Shown here piece after piece: positions 14,826 through 28,502 of a stretch of 64,000 nt of DNA; within the stretch, counting starts at the first letter, position 1, and each line of letters starts with the position of its first letter. The stretch is from Octopus vulgaris (lineage: Eukaryota), in assembly GCA_951406725.2 (NCBI GenBank), contig OX597821.1, positions 111,414,001 through 111,478,000 of the forward strand, given 5' to 3'. Below the pieces are notes generated by a model. It saw only the letters and a list, made by a program, of their open reading frames with translations, did not search any database and was not told the DNA's origin. A program made the position numbers and the translations under genes.

Positions 14826-15055
14826 TGAGACACATGGCTTAGTGGTTAGGGTGTTGGATTCATGGTCGTACGATTGTGGTTTCGATTTCTGGATCGGGCA
14901 ATGCGTTGTGTTCTTCAGCGAAACACTTTATTTTCACTTTGATCCAGACCAATCAACTGGTATCAAGGAGTAATCATGCAACAGTCTGGCGTCCCATCCG
15001 GGGAGGAGTATATACCCCAGAGAAACCTGGAAACCGGTCCTATGCTCCTTATAGA
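14826..15055 (+). mobile_element. SINE family D
   Basis: Similar to the 10065 copy. Confidence 0.8.
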
Positions 15056-15099
15056 GTAATACGGACGAATCTTCAGTCATGGCACATGGAGCCCCTCAC

Positions 15100-15990
15100 G
15101 AAGTAGGTTTCAGTGGGAAACGAACCTATGAACCAATGGGATGCATTCCTTCAATAAAGATCGAAAGAGCAGATGCTCTAGCTTGGACAAAAACCGACGG
15201 TTGAGCGGTAACAAATAACAAAGATGATGTATGCGTTCGCCATCTCGTTCCAATCTTTCAGGTAAAACTTCCTTTCGAGCCATTTCCAAGCAAGACTGGC
15301 AATTCTGCTCGTCAGCTTGACTCAGTTCCTATTTATGGAGGTCGGGCACGGACGAGACCCCATAACATCTGAACAGAACCCACAGGTCCGGTATCTTACA
15401 ATGCTGAGCGGTGCAGACTTGTATCTGCGTATAACGTGTTGAAGAGTCATAGATGTTTCCTGCTTAATGTGTATTTCTGTGCAGTCCACCATATGTTCAA
15501 GCAAGTTGCCTCTCGGCATCTCCAGCTTCCGAATGGCTCAAGGGCCAAAATGTAACACAAGAAAATGGAGAAGACGGGGAATGTGATTAGGGGTTTCGAC
15601 AGCAGGTCATTTAGATTGACCGCCATGCCTGTGTCGCTGTACACTGAAGCGGTCTAGCTCTAAAAACGGGATCGAAACCGACTCTACTGAAGACAATCTC
15701 CAAGTACCGATAGTCTATCCTATTGCAAATCTGAGGTTGATCCAAATATCACAGTGTCCCGCTAAAACCAAGTTTACTATGCATTCTTTCTACGATGTCT
15801 GACATGAGGTGGAGGCGATTATGACTAGATCTGTTGGAAACCAATAGGGAGACGAGCGCGCACCCGACTAGCGTCCTCGATTAGCGCTCCCGACTAACGC
15901 GTTTCGATTAACGCTAACCTCTTCGCGTGACTTTTCTTCCTCGCGAAACCAGTCACCGCCAACTGTATCTCAGCAACAGGTATTGATTTA
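15100..15990 (-). pseudogene. Degenerate Tx1/L1-clade ORF2 reverse transcriptase fragment
   Basis: Minus-strand peptides AKRLALI..NRLHLMSDIVERMHSKLGFSGTL*YLDQ..DRIDYRYLEIVFSRVGFDPVFR..YSDTGMAVNLNDLLSKP..LALEPF. Confidence 0.75.
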
Positions 15991-15993
15991 TAA

Positions 15994-16209
15994 GGCGGCG
16001 AGCTGGCAGAAACGTTAGCACGTCGGGCGAAATGCTTAGTGGTACGTTCTGAGTTCAAATTCCGCCGAGGTCGACTTTGCCTTTCATCCTTTCGGTGTCG
16101 ATAAATGAAGTACCAGTTAAGCACTGGGGTTGATATAATCGACTTAATCCGTTATTCTGTCCTTGTTTGTTCCTTCTGTGTTTAGCCCCTTGTGGGTAGT
16201 AAAGAAATA
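15994..16209 (+). mobile_element. SINE family B2 (Tx1-like tail) inserted in the Tx1 remnant
   Basis: GGCGGCGAGCTGGCAGAAACG..CCCCTTGTGGGTAGTAAAGAAATA; flanks GGTATTGATTT / GGTATTGTTTT. Confidence 0.9.
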
Positions 16210-16376
16210 GGTATTGTTTTTTTTTATTTTAAATAACATCCCACTATTCCAGTTAAGAGTTGTGATAGGCAGACGAAAGAGGCACAAAAAGCCACGGCTC
16301 ACCTCCATTTTTACTCGTCAGACAATCGCGCATATTGTTGCTGGACTACTTCACACATTTGTCTGATATGGTTTCG

Positions 16377-16407
16377 ACTACTACTACTACTACTACTACT
16401 ACCACTA

Positions 16408-16501
<94 letters not shown>

Positions 16502-16520
16502 CACTACCACCACCACCACC

Positions 16521-16556
<36 letters not shown>

Positions 16557-16577
16557 GCTACTGCTGCTGCTGCTGCG

Positions 16578-16633
<56 letters not shown>

Positions 16634-16643
16634 CACCACCACC

Positions 16644-16713
<70 letters not shown>
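16377..16713. repeat. (ACT)n/(ACC)n microsatellite
   Basis: Direct inspection. Confidence 0.97.
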
Positions 16714-16714
<1 letters not shown>

Positions 16715-16739
16715 ACGTCTTGGTCCGTAAATGACTCTA

Positions 16740-17130
16740 TTGTGGTTTCTTTGGTTACGTCACCGTTCTATCACCCGACCTCATCGAGAAGTTTCGCTTT
16801 CCTTGCATCTAACAGCATTCCCCTTTTGCTCTCACTAGGCGGCCTTCATGTTTCGCGTCGAAAGAACGTTCATCTCCCATTTTCACCACTTGCCATACCT
16901 TTCTTAATCGCCTCTTCTAATTTACTGACTAGCTTCATCTCTAACGTTCATTTTTTTCTTTTTTCCTAATGCCAGGGAAGACCCTATGAGTCGATGAAGG
17001 TCAACTGAACTGCTAATTCAAGAGAACTTTCAATTTTTGAACGATAGACAACATAGTAAATCCTAGTTTGGCAGCGATAATGCGGGGCACTACTAGCTCG
17101 GGCTAAACTCTACAAGCATTACCGAGCATC
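16740..17130 (-). pseudogene. Probable upstream (linker) part of the same Tx1/L1 ORF2
   Basis: Peptides LVSKLEEAIKKG..DAKHEGRLVRAK on the same strand and in the expected order; highly degenerate. Confidence 0.45.
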
Positions 17131-17138
17131 ATCGGCAG

Positions 17139-17345
17139 TGGAGGCGCAATGGCCCAGTGGTGAGGGCAGCGGACTCGCGGTCGGAGGATCGCGAGTTCCA
17201 TTCCCAGACCGGGCGTTGTGTGTGTTTATTGAGCGAAAACGCCTAAAGCTCCACGAGGCTCCGGCAGGGGGGTGGGGGTGGCGACTCCTGTTGTACTCTT
17301 TCGCCTCAACTTTCTCTCACTCTTTCTTCCTGTTTCTTGTCCCCG
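17139..17345 (+). mobile_element. SINE family C
   Basis: tRNA-like head GGAGGCGCAATGGCCCAGTGG. Confidence 0.85.
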
Positions 17346-17769
17346 AATTCCTACGCAACCGCTGAGCCTTGATGCTCATTCATCAATCCGTCGATGCTCT
17401 CGGTATCGGGGGTTGACCTGCTTTCTCTTCTGCGGGTCTTACGAATAGCAAAGGACCACGTTTCGGACTTCTCCCACTACAGACAATCCTGAGGCTTGCA
17501 ATCTCTAAGGTGAAGAGGGTTGGGACGTGACCGCTTCGCTCAACAAACAAAGCATCGTCAGCCGAAATGTAGCCGAAAGGGTTAATTTGCTGAACAAGCT
17601 GTGAACGATAAATGTACAAGCTGCGATCAAGAAGCTCATAAGGAGTGGAGCTTAGAAGCTAGCTTTGGAAGGAAGTGGTTACGGGTTCGAATTCGGAGCT
17701 CATGCCTGTCATAGTTTGAAGTTGACTGCTGCTTTGTGAGTGAAATTTGAAAGATGGAAGCTCCGTGAG

Positions 17770-17867
17770 AATTTCGTTGCACACACATACACACACCCTT
17801 TGCCGAACTGCTAATTCACGGGAATGTAAACAAACTAACACCAGTTATCGAGCAGTGTGAAGGGACC

Positions 17868-17947
<80 letters not shown>

Positions 17948-18142
17948 CGTACACACTCTATATACACGCACAGATGCATAAACGCAGGTCTTCCTCGCAG
18001 CTTCTGTCTACCAAATTTACGAGGCTTTGGTCGGCCCGGGGTTATGGAGAAGAAACATACCCAAGGTGCCACAGAGTGGGACCGAAACCAAAGCACTTGG
18101 CTCCCAAGCGAGTTTCTTCACCACATGGTCATGTCTGCGCCT
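17770..18142 (-). mobile_element. SINE family A with internal (CA)n
   Basis: Similarity to other family A copies. Confidence 0.75.
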
Positions 18143-18329
18143 AAAAACAAAATCAAAATATCAAAATATCAAACGTAAGAGCGATTTTCTCTAATTATTT
18201 CTTACAATCATCCTAAAATTGCATCTCCTTAATTTTTCCTGCAATTATTAAACGGATGGTCAGCAGACATACTGAATAGAATAAAAACAAGAAGAAATAG
18301 AAGAAGAGTAAGAACAAAGCAACAAGTAG

Positions 18330-19503
18330 ATAGAGAGAGGGAGAGGGAGAGAGACAGAGAGAGAGAAAGGTGAGGGTGAGAGAAGGTGTGTGAGTGTGAG
18401 AGAGAGAGGGGAAGAAAGAGAGTGTGAGGGAGAGAGAGAGAAAAAGGGGAGAGAAAGGAGAAGAGAGCGCGAGACATAAAGCGAGAGAAAGCGATAAATA
18501 TATAGAGGCAGAGAGAGAAAGAGAGAGAGAAAGAGAGAAAGAGAGAGAGGGAGAGATATATAGGTAGATAAAGAAGGAGAGAGAGAATGATGGAGGTTGA
18601 CAGAGGAAGGGAGAGAAACATAGACACAGAAAGAGATAGATAGACAGACAGATAGACAGATAGATAGAGAGAGTGAGAGACAGGGGCAGACATACAGAGA
18701 GAGAAAGAAATTGAGAGATAAATAGATAGATGAAGAGAAAAGCAGAAGTAGATAGTTAGACAAGTAGATAGATAGATAGATAGAGAGATAGAGAGAGAGA
18801 GAGAGAGGGTCAAGTACAGATAGATAGATAGAGAGAGGAGACAGAGATAGCGGGACAGAGAGAGGAAATAAAGATAGAGAGAGAGAGGGAGAAAGAGGGA
18901 GAGAAAGAGAGGGAGAGAGAGAGGGAGAGAGAGAGAGGCAAGTACAGATAGATAGAGAGAGGAGACAGAGATAGCGGGACAGAGAGAGGAAATAGAGATA
19001 GAGAGAGAGAGGGAGAGAGAGAGTGAGGGAGAGAGAGAGGGAGAGAGAGAGGCAGAGAGAGAGAGAGAGAGGCAAGTACAGATAGATAGAGAGAGGAGAC
19101 AGAGATAGCGGGACAGAGAGAGGAAATAGAGATAGAGAGAGAGAGGGAGAGAGAGGGAGAGAAAGAGAGGGAGAGAGAGAGGGAGAGAGAGAGAGAGAGA
19201 GAGAGATAGATAGAGAGAGGAGACAGAGATAGCAGGACAGAGAGAGGAAATAGAGATAGAGAGAGAGAGAGGGAGAGAGAGGGAGAGAGAGGGAGAGAGA
19301 GGGAGAGAGAGGGAGAGAGAGGGAGAGAGAGGGAGAGAGAGGGAGAGAGAGGGAGAGAGAGAGGGAGAGAGAGAGGGAGAGAGAGAGAGAGAGGCAAGTA
19401 CAGATAGATAGAGAGAGGAGACAGAGATAGCGGGACAGAGAGAGGAAATAGAGATAGAGAGAGAGAGGGGGAGAGAGAGAGTGAGGGAGAGAGAGAGAGA
19501 GAA
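18330..19503. repeat. GA-rich low-complexity tract with a higher-order repeat
   Basis: Core GGAGACAGAGATAGC(G/A)GGACAGAGAGAGGAAATA recurs five times between 18810 and 19500. Confidence 0.9.
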
Positions 19504-19939
19504 AATAAGCGTGAGGTATGTGAGCAACGTTGATTTGAAATAAATAAAACCACAAAAAAAAACAGGAACCAGATAAAAAAAAATAGGAACAAGCATTAAG
19601 GTAGAAATGAAAGAAAGAAAGAAAGACAAGAGCGTAAGAGAGAGTAAGAAATAAAGAATGTGAGGTGGGATGAGGGTGACTGTGCAGATATGTGTGTGTG
19701 AGAGAGAGAGAGAGTGAGGGTGGGTAAGCTCCCAAATATCACGAGATTACGTTCGTCTCTGGCATTTAAAATATTTTTTTCTCTCTAAACCCTTTAAAGT
19801 ATCAGTGTTGACTGCGAAATACGTGTTTAACGGGAGGTCATTAACCCCAGGTCGTTAAAAGAAAGGGGGACAAATTCATAGATAATTTAATAATTAGTTC
19901 TACTAATTAAAATACAATTATACTATAGGGTAGCAACTA

Positions 19940-20880
19940 CGTTTTAGAACGTCGGGTGAAATACGTATCGGCATTTAGCACGTCTTTACGTTCTGAGTTC
20001 AAATTCCGCCAAGGCCGACTTTGACTATCATCCTTTCGGGATCGATAAATGAAGTACTAGTTGAACTCTAGGGTCGATGTAATCGACTTATCCTCCTTTA
20101 AGAACTTGCTGGCCATGATTTAAAGTTTGGGGCCATTGTAAAAGCTGCGAGCTGGAAGAAGCGTTAGCACGCCGGGCGAAATGCTTAGCGGTATTTCGTC
20201 TGCGTTACGTTGTGAGTTCAAATTCCGCCGAGGTCGACTTTGCCTTTCATCCTTTCGGGGTCGATAAATTAAGTACCAGTTACGCACTGGGGTCGATATA
20301 ATCGACTTTATACCTATGTCTGTCCATGTTTGTTCCCTCTGTGTTTAGCCCCTTGTGGGTAATAAAGAAATAGGTATTTCGTCTGTCGTTACGTTGTAAG
20401 TTCAAATTCCGCTCAAGTAACCCCTCCCCTCAAAGTTGCTGGCTCTGTTCTCAAATTTTAAACCTTTAATAGTATTACTGTTCGGCGAGCTGGCAGAAAC
20501 GTTAGCACGCCGGGCGAAATGTTTAGCAGCATTTCGTCTGCCGCTACGTTCTGAGTTCAAATTCCACCGAGGTCGACTTTGCCTTTCATCCTTTCGGGGT
20601 CGATAAATTAAGGACCAGTTACGCACTGGGGTCGATATAATCGACCTAATCCGTTTGTCTGTCCTTGTTTGTCCCCTCTGTGTTTAGCCCCTTGTGGGTA
20701 GTAAAGAAATAGGTATTTCGTCTGTCTTTACGTTTTGAGTTCAAATACCGCCGAGGTCATCTTTTCCTTTCATCCTTTCCGGATTCATAAATTAAGTACC
20801 AGTTGCATACTGGTGTCGATTTAATCGACTGGATCTCTCCCTCAAAATTTCGGGCCTTGTACCTAGAGTAGAAAATATTA
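19940..20880 (+). mobile_element. Cluster of SINE B1/B2 copies, including two B2-in-B1 composites
   Basis: B2 tails ending at 20372 and 20711 run straight into the internal GGTATTTCGTCTG of B1. Confidence 0.88.
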
Positions 20881-21348
20881 TTACTGTTCGGATCTAAGCC
20901 CAGTGAGTTACGATGGATCGATGCATGTCCTGCTAAATTTGATAAAAGCTAATTTTTTAAAAAAACTATTCTATGGTTTTTCAGAGGAAAAGGGGCAGTT
21001 TTTTGAAGGGTCTCCCACACTGATGGAAGAAAGAGCTACGTTTCAGTGATTGCAATGATTAATGATGTTAGACTGAATAACGGATAAGATCTACTTTACA
21101 AAGACATATAATCCGGATGGCTTCTGAATAGTTACCAACTGTCCTATTTCGCTGATAGGGTTTAGGTCGACTCGATGTACTGTGAAGAGGGCTCGAACTC
21201 GGAAACTTCGTCATTGCCAAGTGAGCCTTTAAACCAACATGCACATTGTTGCATGCATGGAATGATCGAATGGCGTAATGGAAGAAAGAAGAAAATGAAA
21301 TATAAATAACGGGATTGGTTAAATAAAAGAGAAAAGATAAAGAGATGG

Positions 21349-21379
<31 letters not shown>

Positions 21380-21387
21380 CACACACA

Positions 21388-21423
<36 letters not shown>

Positions 21424-21465
21424 TGTATGTATGTATGTATATATTTATATATATATTTCAAAATG

Positions 21466-21666
21466 TGACCGCGTGTGTACCGTTGGCGATTTTTTTCCTC
21501 CGTCTTCCCTTCTCTGGATCTTTCCTTTTCCTATGTTTCTGACGAAGAGCTCCGCTCGAAACGTAAAACCCTCCTTCTTAGCTTCCTTCCTGAGCGTCCA
21601 ATAATACTATATTTGTTCCACGTCCTCGCGCTGTTGTGTTTTCTCTTTGTGTTTTCATGTTTGGAT

Positions 21667-21671
<5 letters not shown>
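21466..21671 (+). mobile_element. Penelope-type terminal repeat family P2 ending in (TA)n
   Basis: Contains a minimal hammerhead; homologue at 31583-31768(-). Confidence 0.65.
21535..21569 (+). ncRNA. Minimal hammerhead ribozyme candidate
   Basis: GTTT-CTGACGA-A-GAGC-TCC-GCTC-GAAAC-GTA-AAAC: stem I GTTT/AAAC, stem II GAGC/GCTC, palindromic ACGT in place of stem III. Confidence 0.6.
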
Positions 21672-21719
<48 letters not shown>

Positions 21720-21729
21720 AAATATATAT

Positions 21730-21932
21730 AGGGAGAATTCACAAGAAAACAACAACTAAAGACAAAGACAGTTGGTGAAGACAACAAACAGATGTATTAG
21801 TATAACGCTCTGGAAGTGAAAAAGTCTTTAACGTTCCGAGCCTACGCTCTTCTACAGAAAGGGACACAGAAAGAAAGGGGAGAAATTAAAGAGAGAAAAT
21901 AAAGAATGTGTAGTGGCTAGCGATCTATCATT
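21730..21932 (-). mobile_element. Penelope-type terminal repeat family P1
   Basis: Reverse-complement homologue of 10536-10738. Confidence 0.65.
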
Positions 21933-21954
21933 ATATATATATATATAGTTAGTG

Positions 21955-22021
<67 letters not shown>

Positions 22022-22481
22022 CTGAGAGTGGATTCGAAATTGGAAATCGTGTTGATTGTTAAGTGAGCATCTAAATTAAAACGTGTATTGCCTACATCCC
22101 TGAAATGAACGAATAGCAATGAAATGCAGAAGGAAAGAAAGGAACTCAAGATAAATAGATAGAGGAAGAAAGAGAATAGAAAGAAAAAAGATAGGAAGAT
22201 GAATAACGAGATGGCTAAATAGATAGATAGACAAACAGATAGCTGGATGGATATGTAGATAGATAGATAAATAGATAGATAGATAGATAGATAGCTGGAT
22301 AGATAGGTAGATAGGTAGGTAGATAGATAGGAAAGATAGACAGACAGACAGACAGACAGATAGATAGATAGATAAACAGATAGATGGATGGATAGGTAGA
22401 TAGAAAGATAGATAGCTGGATGGATAGGTAGATAGGTAGGTAGATAGATAGGTAGATAGATTGATAGATAGACAGACAGAC

Positions 22482-22564
<83 letters not shown>

Positions 22565-23124
22565 TAGATAGATAGATAGATAGATAAAGAGATAGATAGA
22601 TAGCTGGATGGATAGGTAAGTTTCTTTATTGGCCACACAGGGCTGCACACGGATGGGACAAGTTACAAGGTAGAGCTTTTCTTTTGGGGGATGAAAAAAA
22701 AAAAAGGTGGCGTAGGTTTTCGATCAAAAGGGATCGTAAAAGGGGAAAAAAAAGAACAAAAAAAAAAGGAAAAGAAAAAAAGAAAAAAGGGAAAAGGAAC
22801 AAAAGAAAAGAAAAATGAAAAAAGAAGAAAAAAGAAGAAAAAAGGGGAAGAGGAAAAAAAACGATCAATAGGGATCGTGTATCACAGTGTCATGATGTAT
22901 GGTGTAAAGGGGAAAGCAAGTAAGGTTTACCCGTGGAACCGTGGGAAGAAAAGCCTACGAAAAAGACCACGGTAACCTTGGTCAATATTGTTATATGTTA
23001 CCACATTTGTTTGCAAGTGGGTAACCCTCTGTTTTCGATTTCTGGGTTCATAGGATTATGCTCAAGGTGGCTTCGTCATTCATACGTGCCATCCTTGCTA
23101 CATTCACCCATCTTTTTAGGTAGG

Positions 23125-23180
<56 letters not shown>

Positions 23181-23189
23181 TAGACAGAC

Positions 23190-23227
<38 letters not shown>

Positions 23228-23400
23228 ATAGATAGATTGATAGATAAATAGATAGATGGATAGGTAGGTAGATAGATAGATAGATAGATAGATGGATGGA
23301 TGGATAGGTAGATAGATGAATAGCTAGTTAGATAGCTGAGTGGATAAATAGATAGATAAATAAATGGATAGATGAACAGATAAATAGATCGATATATAGA
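21955..23400. repeat. (GATA)n/(GACA)n microsatellite region, interrupted
   Basis: Direct inspection. Confidence 0.9.
22621..23116 (-). mobile_element. 5'-truncated Tx1/L1-like element (ORF2 C-terminus plus 3' UTR) inserted in (GATA)n
   Basis: [22 protein letters not shown] then a T-rich UTR ending GCCCTGTGTGGCCAATAAAGAAA; TAGGTA on both flanks. Confidence 0.65.
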
Positions 23401-23558
23401 CAGATAGACAAGTGAATAGAATAGATAGATGAAACGTAATTGACAAAAGAGATAACTGGATGGTTAGATAGATAGAACAGATAGATAGTAGAGAATAATA
23501 CGAATAGAAACGAATGAATTGATAGCTGGAAAGAAAGACAGAAATCACTCTCTGTCTC

Positions 23559-23608
<50 letters not shown>

Positions 23609-24039
23609 GAGAGAGAGAGAGAGAGAGAGGTATAGAGAACAAGATGGCTGCATTTCAAGTCAGGTAGCTTCATGTTTGATATTAATTGAACAGCAATAGA
23701 TATTTAGCAATCATCTGTAACCATTAATTAAACATATTTGTAGTTGTTGATATTGTTTTTTTTTTTTGGTCTATTTTCTTCTTAGAAAATTTATTTTCGT
23801 TTTCTCTCGTTGCTGGCATTATATCGGAAAAGACCATCCCGGTTGACAAATAGCTTGAGTTGAAGAAGAATAAAAAGAAAATGGCGTTATGTACTGAAGA
23901 GATTGGAGTTGGAGTGAAGCGTGTGGCCGTGGCGATGGGACGGGGGGGGGGGGGGACAAGAAGAGCTAATAGAAAAAGACTGGATTCTCGTTAAACAACA
24001 TCAATAGAGAAGTCAGCCAATGAAAACAGGGAACGAAGT

Positions 24040-25160
24040 AGATGTGGAATAGAGGAATGATAATAAGAGAATGGAGAAGGCGAAGAAGGAGAAGAAAAGA
24101 AGAAGAAAAGGGAGGGAGAGGAGGAGGAGGAGGAGAAAAAGAAGAAAGAAAAAAGGAAGGAGGAGAAGAAGAAAAGAAGAAAAAGGAAAGAGAGGGAGAG
24201 GAGGAGAATAAGAAAAAGAAGAAAGAAAAAAGGAGGGAAAGGAGGCGGAGAAGAAGATGGAGAAGAAGAAGAAAAGAAGAAAATGAAGGGGAGGAGGAGA
24301 AGAAGAAAAGAAAGAAAGAAAAAAGAAGGGAAAATAATAATAATAATAAGAAGAAGAAGAAAAGAAGAAAAAGGAGGGAGAGGAGGAGGAAGATGAGAAG
24401 AAAAAGAAGAAATAAAAAGGAGACAAAGGAGGCGGAGAAGAAGAAGAAGGAGAAAAAGAAAAAGAAGAAAAAGAAGTAGAAGAAGAAGAAAATGATGATG
24501 ATGATGAAGAATAAGAAGAAGAAGAAGAAGAAGAAGAAGGAGAAGAAGAAGAAGAAGGAGAAGAAGAAGAAGAAGAAAATGATGATGATGATAAAGAAGA
24601 AGAAGAAGAAGAAAATGATGATGATGAAGAAGAAGAAGAAGAAAATGATGATGATGATGATGATGAAGAAGGAGAAGAAGAAAAAGAAGAAGAAAAAGAA
24701 GAAGAAGAAGAAGAAGAAGAAGAAGAAGAAGAAGAAGAAGAAGAAGAAGAAGAAGAAGAAGAAGAAGAAGAAGAAGAAGAAGAAGAAGAAGAAGATGACG
24801 GACAAGAAGTCGAGGAAGATGAAAGAGAGGAATAAAAGAAGAAAAGAGGGATTGAAATAAAAAAGAGAAGAAGAGAAAAAGAAAGAGAAAAAGTCGAGAA
24901 AGAATACGAAAAAGGAGGAGGAGGAGGAGAAGGAGGAGGAGCAAAGGGAAAGAAAAAGAAACGAATGGGGAGGAGGAGGAGGAGGATGGGAAGTGACGGG
25001 GAGGAAAAGGGGAGGAAAAGAAGAAGAAAAGGAAGAAACAATGATGAGGAAGAGGGACAAGATGAAAGAGAAGAATAAGATTTCGTAGAAGAGGAAGAAC
25101 ACAAGAAACGCACGAAAAAGGAAAAAGAAGATATAGAAAACGAAGGAAAAAAGAAGGAAA
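24040..25160. repeat. Polypurine (GAA)n/(GGA)n/(GAT)n tract
   Basis: Direct inspection. Confidence 0.97.
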
Positions 25161-25475
25161 AGTCGGCTAAATACTGTAGGAATATGAAAAGAAATTCCTT
25201 TCTTCTTCATATGTAGAATTGGTTCCTGTCATATTGTTACCAAATATTAGCCTTCTTCACGTCGCAACGAAATTCTAACGGAAAAATGTCAAATTAGAAG
25301 ACGTAAGTGATGAGTGAATGTCATTGAGATTCATCTTTGGTTGATGTTAAGCTCTGGTCTCGTGTGTGTGTGTGTGTGTGTGTGTAGATGTATAGTTTGT
25401 GTGTGCGTGTGTGTGTGCGTGTGTGTGTGTGTGCGTGTGTGTGTAGATGTATAGTTTGTGTGCGTGGGTACATAC

Positions 25476-25521
<46 letters not shown>

Positions 25522-25697
25522 TATACAGATGCACACACACACACATATATACTTGCTTTCAGATATACACACATAAACAGATACAAGCACATATACGTCA
25601 TACACACATGTCATATATATATATATATTTATATATATATATACAACATACACGCATACAATATATATATATATATATACACATATATATGCATTTA

Positions 25698-25752
<55 letters not shown>

Positions 25753-25804
25753 ATATATATTTATATATATATACATATATCCATATATACACATAAATAC
25801 ACAC

Positions 25805-25842
<38 letters not shown>

Positions 25843-25898
25843 TATACATACACATACATATGCACATACATACATGAATAATTAAAAAAAGAAGACAT

Positions 25899-25929
<31 letters not shown>

Positions 25930-25932
<3 letters not shown>

Positions 25933-26150
25933 TACATACACACACATGTATACATACATATACATACACATATACATACATATATATATATTACACACAC
26001 ACACATGTATACATACATATACATACACATATACATACATATATATATATTACACACACACACATGTATACATACATATACATACACATATACATACATA
26101 TATATATATATTACATACACACACATGTATACATACATATACATACATAT
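25930..26150. repeat. ~59-bp higher-order tandem repeat built from TA/CA microsatellite
   Basis: ATTACA(C/T)ACACACACATGTATACATACATATACATAC unit, about 4 copies. Confidence 0.8.
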
Positions 26151-26168
26151 ATACATACATACATATAT

Positions 26169-26220
<52 letters not shown>

Positions 26221-26277
26221 GCGACATAAACATGCACATGCATACACAGTATAAATACACGCATATCTGAATATGTT

Positions 26278-26313
<36 letters not shown>

Positions 26314-26971
26314 GGGACACACAACCAACAACAGACACATTTTCTTTTGTGTTAACCGTGAAAAAGAAATATCCGTTGAGCGCCAGGGAAGGTGTAAGAC
26401 TTGTGATTCTCGGTGAAAAAGATAACATCATTTTGTTGTTTTCTAATTTCTCAATGTGTTGCCTACAACACAAGAAAATATAACCTAAAGCTTGGAAAGG
26501 AACACAACATCTTCTTAACCAGAGAAAGAACAAGCACACACAAAAAAAAATATATATATAAGTGTAGACAAATAACCGTAGTGACAAGTTGACAGCCATT
26601 TCCTATCAAATGAAGATGACCAGAATTTATAATATTATGTACGTAGAAACTGTTGATACGTTCCGGCAAAGCCAGCTTTCTTTAACATTTTCGTTTAGAT
26701 TAAGTTATTGTTACGGAGTGATGGCGTAAGGTAATGGAATGTAATGCCTAGAGTGTAACATGTTTAACCTCCAGCACCCCACCACCACCACCACCACCAC
26801 CACCACCACCACGCCAGAACCCCTGCTGCTACTGCTGCCACTGCCGCTGCTGCTGCTGCCGTCATACCATCACGCACGCACGCGCTCTTTTCTCAAGGTC
26901 ATTCGTCCCTGGAAATTCACTATGCTGGTGTTATTATATACATATATATATATATATATATACACACATAC

Positions 26972-27055
<84 letters not shown>

Positions 27056-27243
27056 TATATATATATATATATATATACATTATATATATACACGTTTATG
27101 TATTTGTTTTGCAAGTCTCCTGAGGGGAAATCGTGTGTTGAAACAGGATATTGTTACGTCTAAAGATGGCCATTTTTTTTTTCGCCAGTTCACCATACGC
27201 CGAAAAATATGACCATTCCCAAATATGATACTACTACTACTGT

Positions 27244-27307
<64 letters not shown>

Positions 27308-27639
27308 GCTACTACTACTGCTACTAATAATAATAATGATAATAATGATAAAATTATATATATGTAGTGATCATTAAACAGCTGTCGAATCGAACTCCCT
27401 CTTACTATTGACTATTTATTCTTTCATTTTTATATGTATATACATGTACGACGGGTCGCAGAAATATTGAAAAATTATTGAAAAAGATTAATAAAATTTA
27501 ATATGTATTCAATGTATGAAGTGTCATTGCTCGGCCCAAGGCCCGATGAAGAGCTCTCCACGGTAGCTAGCTTAAAGGCCGCGCGATAGGGCGGACATTA
27601 AGGTAGTTATATATAGCTACTACATTATTTTGCCCTGAT

Positions 27640-28185
27640 TAGTTGCAGCACAATTTGCTCCATAAAAGAAACAATGATAAGGTGGGGCAGGGACTCCGCC
27701 TGTGCTTGCTGGTGGTGAGTTATCCTTGGAAGCATCTGCTCCCCAGGCCATCCAACACTGGGGAAGTTAAAGTCACCCAAACGGAATATACCGATGTGTT
27801 TTTCTAGTCTGGTGAGAACTTCTATCTTTGCTCGGCAGTCTTCAAACGTACCTATATAATGTGGAGCACCCGGTGGGTGATATCACAATATTTTCTTATG
27901 TCTACAATTTGAGTGTCACACATTGAATTTGAATATGACAGCAGGACCTGGGGCGTGAGGTCCTCTCAGAAGTACACAGCAACTCCACCATGGCTTTTTG
28001 TTTTCTGTCTGAGCGTATGACAACATATTATGGTATGTGTATTTCTGCATCCCTTATATCAGGTCTAAGATGCGTTTCCACAATTGCTATGCATAGAGCT
28101 TGATTGCATGCAGCAAGGTCTCCCAGAAACGAGATTTTTGTTTTACAGTTGACGTGCAACAGTCCTACGATATTTTTCATACACA
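27640..28185 (-). pseudogene. LINE apurinic-like endonuclease (APE) fragment, CR1/L2/Jockey group
   Basis: NIVGLLHVNCKTKISFLGDLAACNQALCIAIVETHLRPDIRDAEIHIP*YVVIRSDRKQKSHGGVAVY..LGDFNFPSVGW. Confidence 0.85.
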
Positions 28186-28447
28186 TGTATACTTAGATGA
28201 AGGTGTTTAATAGATTTGTCCGTGTGCATGCATGTGTATGTGGTAGGACATGCTCCAGATATACATTGATATATGCGTGACTGTCCGTGAGCGCTACTCT
28301 CATGGATATGCTAATCTCGACCCTGACTTCATGTCCTTGTTATCAAAATACCTTGATTCGAACGGATCTTATAAACAATTTAATTACTTACGTGTGTGTG
28401 TGTGTGTGTGTGTGTGTACACATATATATACACACATATATACATAC

Positions 28448-28502
<55 letters not shown>

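Noticed and set aside
21175-21217. Hammerhead-like CTGTGAAGAG..GGAAACTTCGTC
   Set aside because: Core incomplete and stem I does not pair
27541-27592. Hammerhead-like GCCCGATGAAGAGCT..AGCTTAAAG..ATAGGGC
   Set aside because: Stems are plausible but several core bases are missing; single copy
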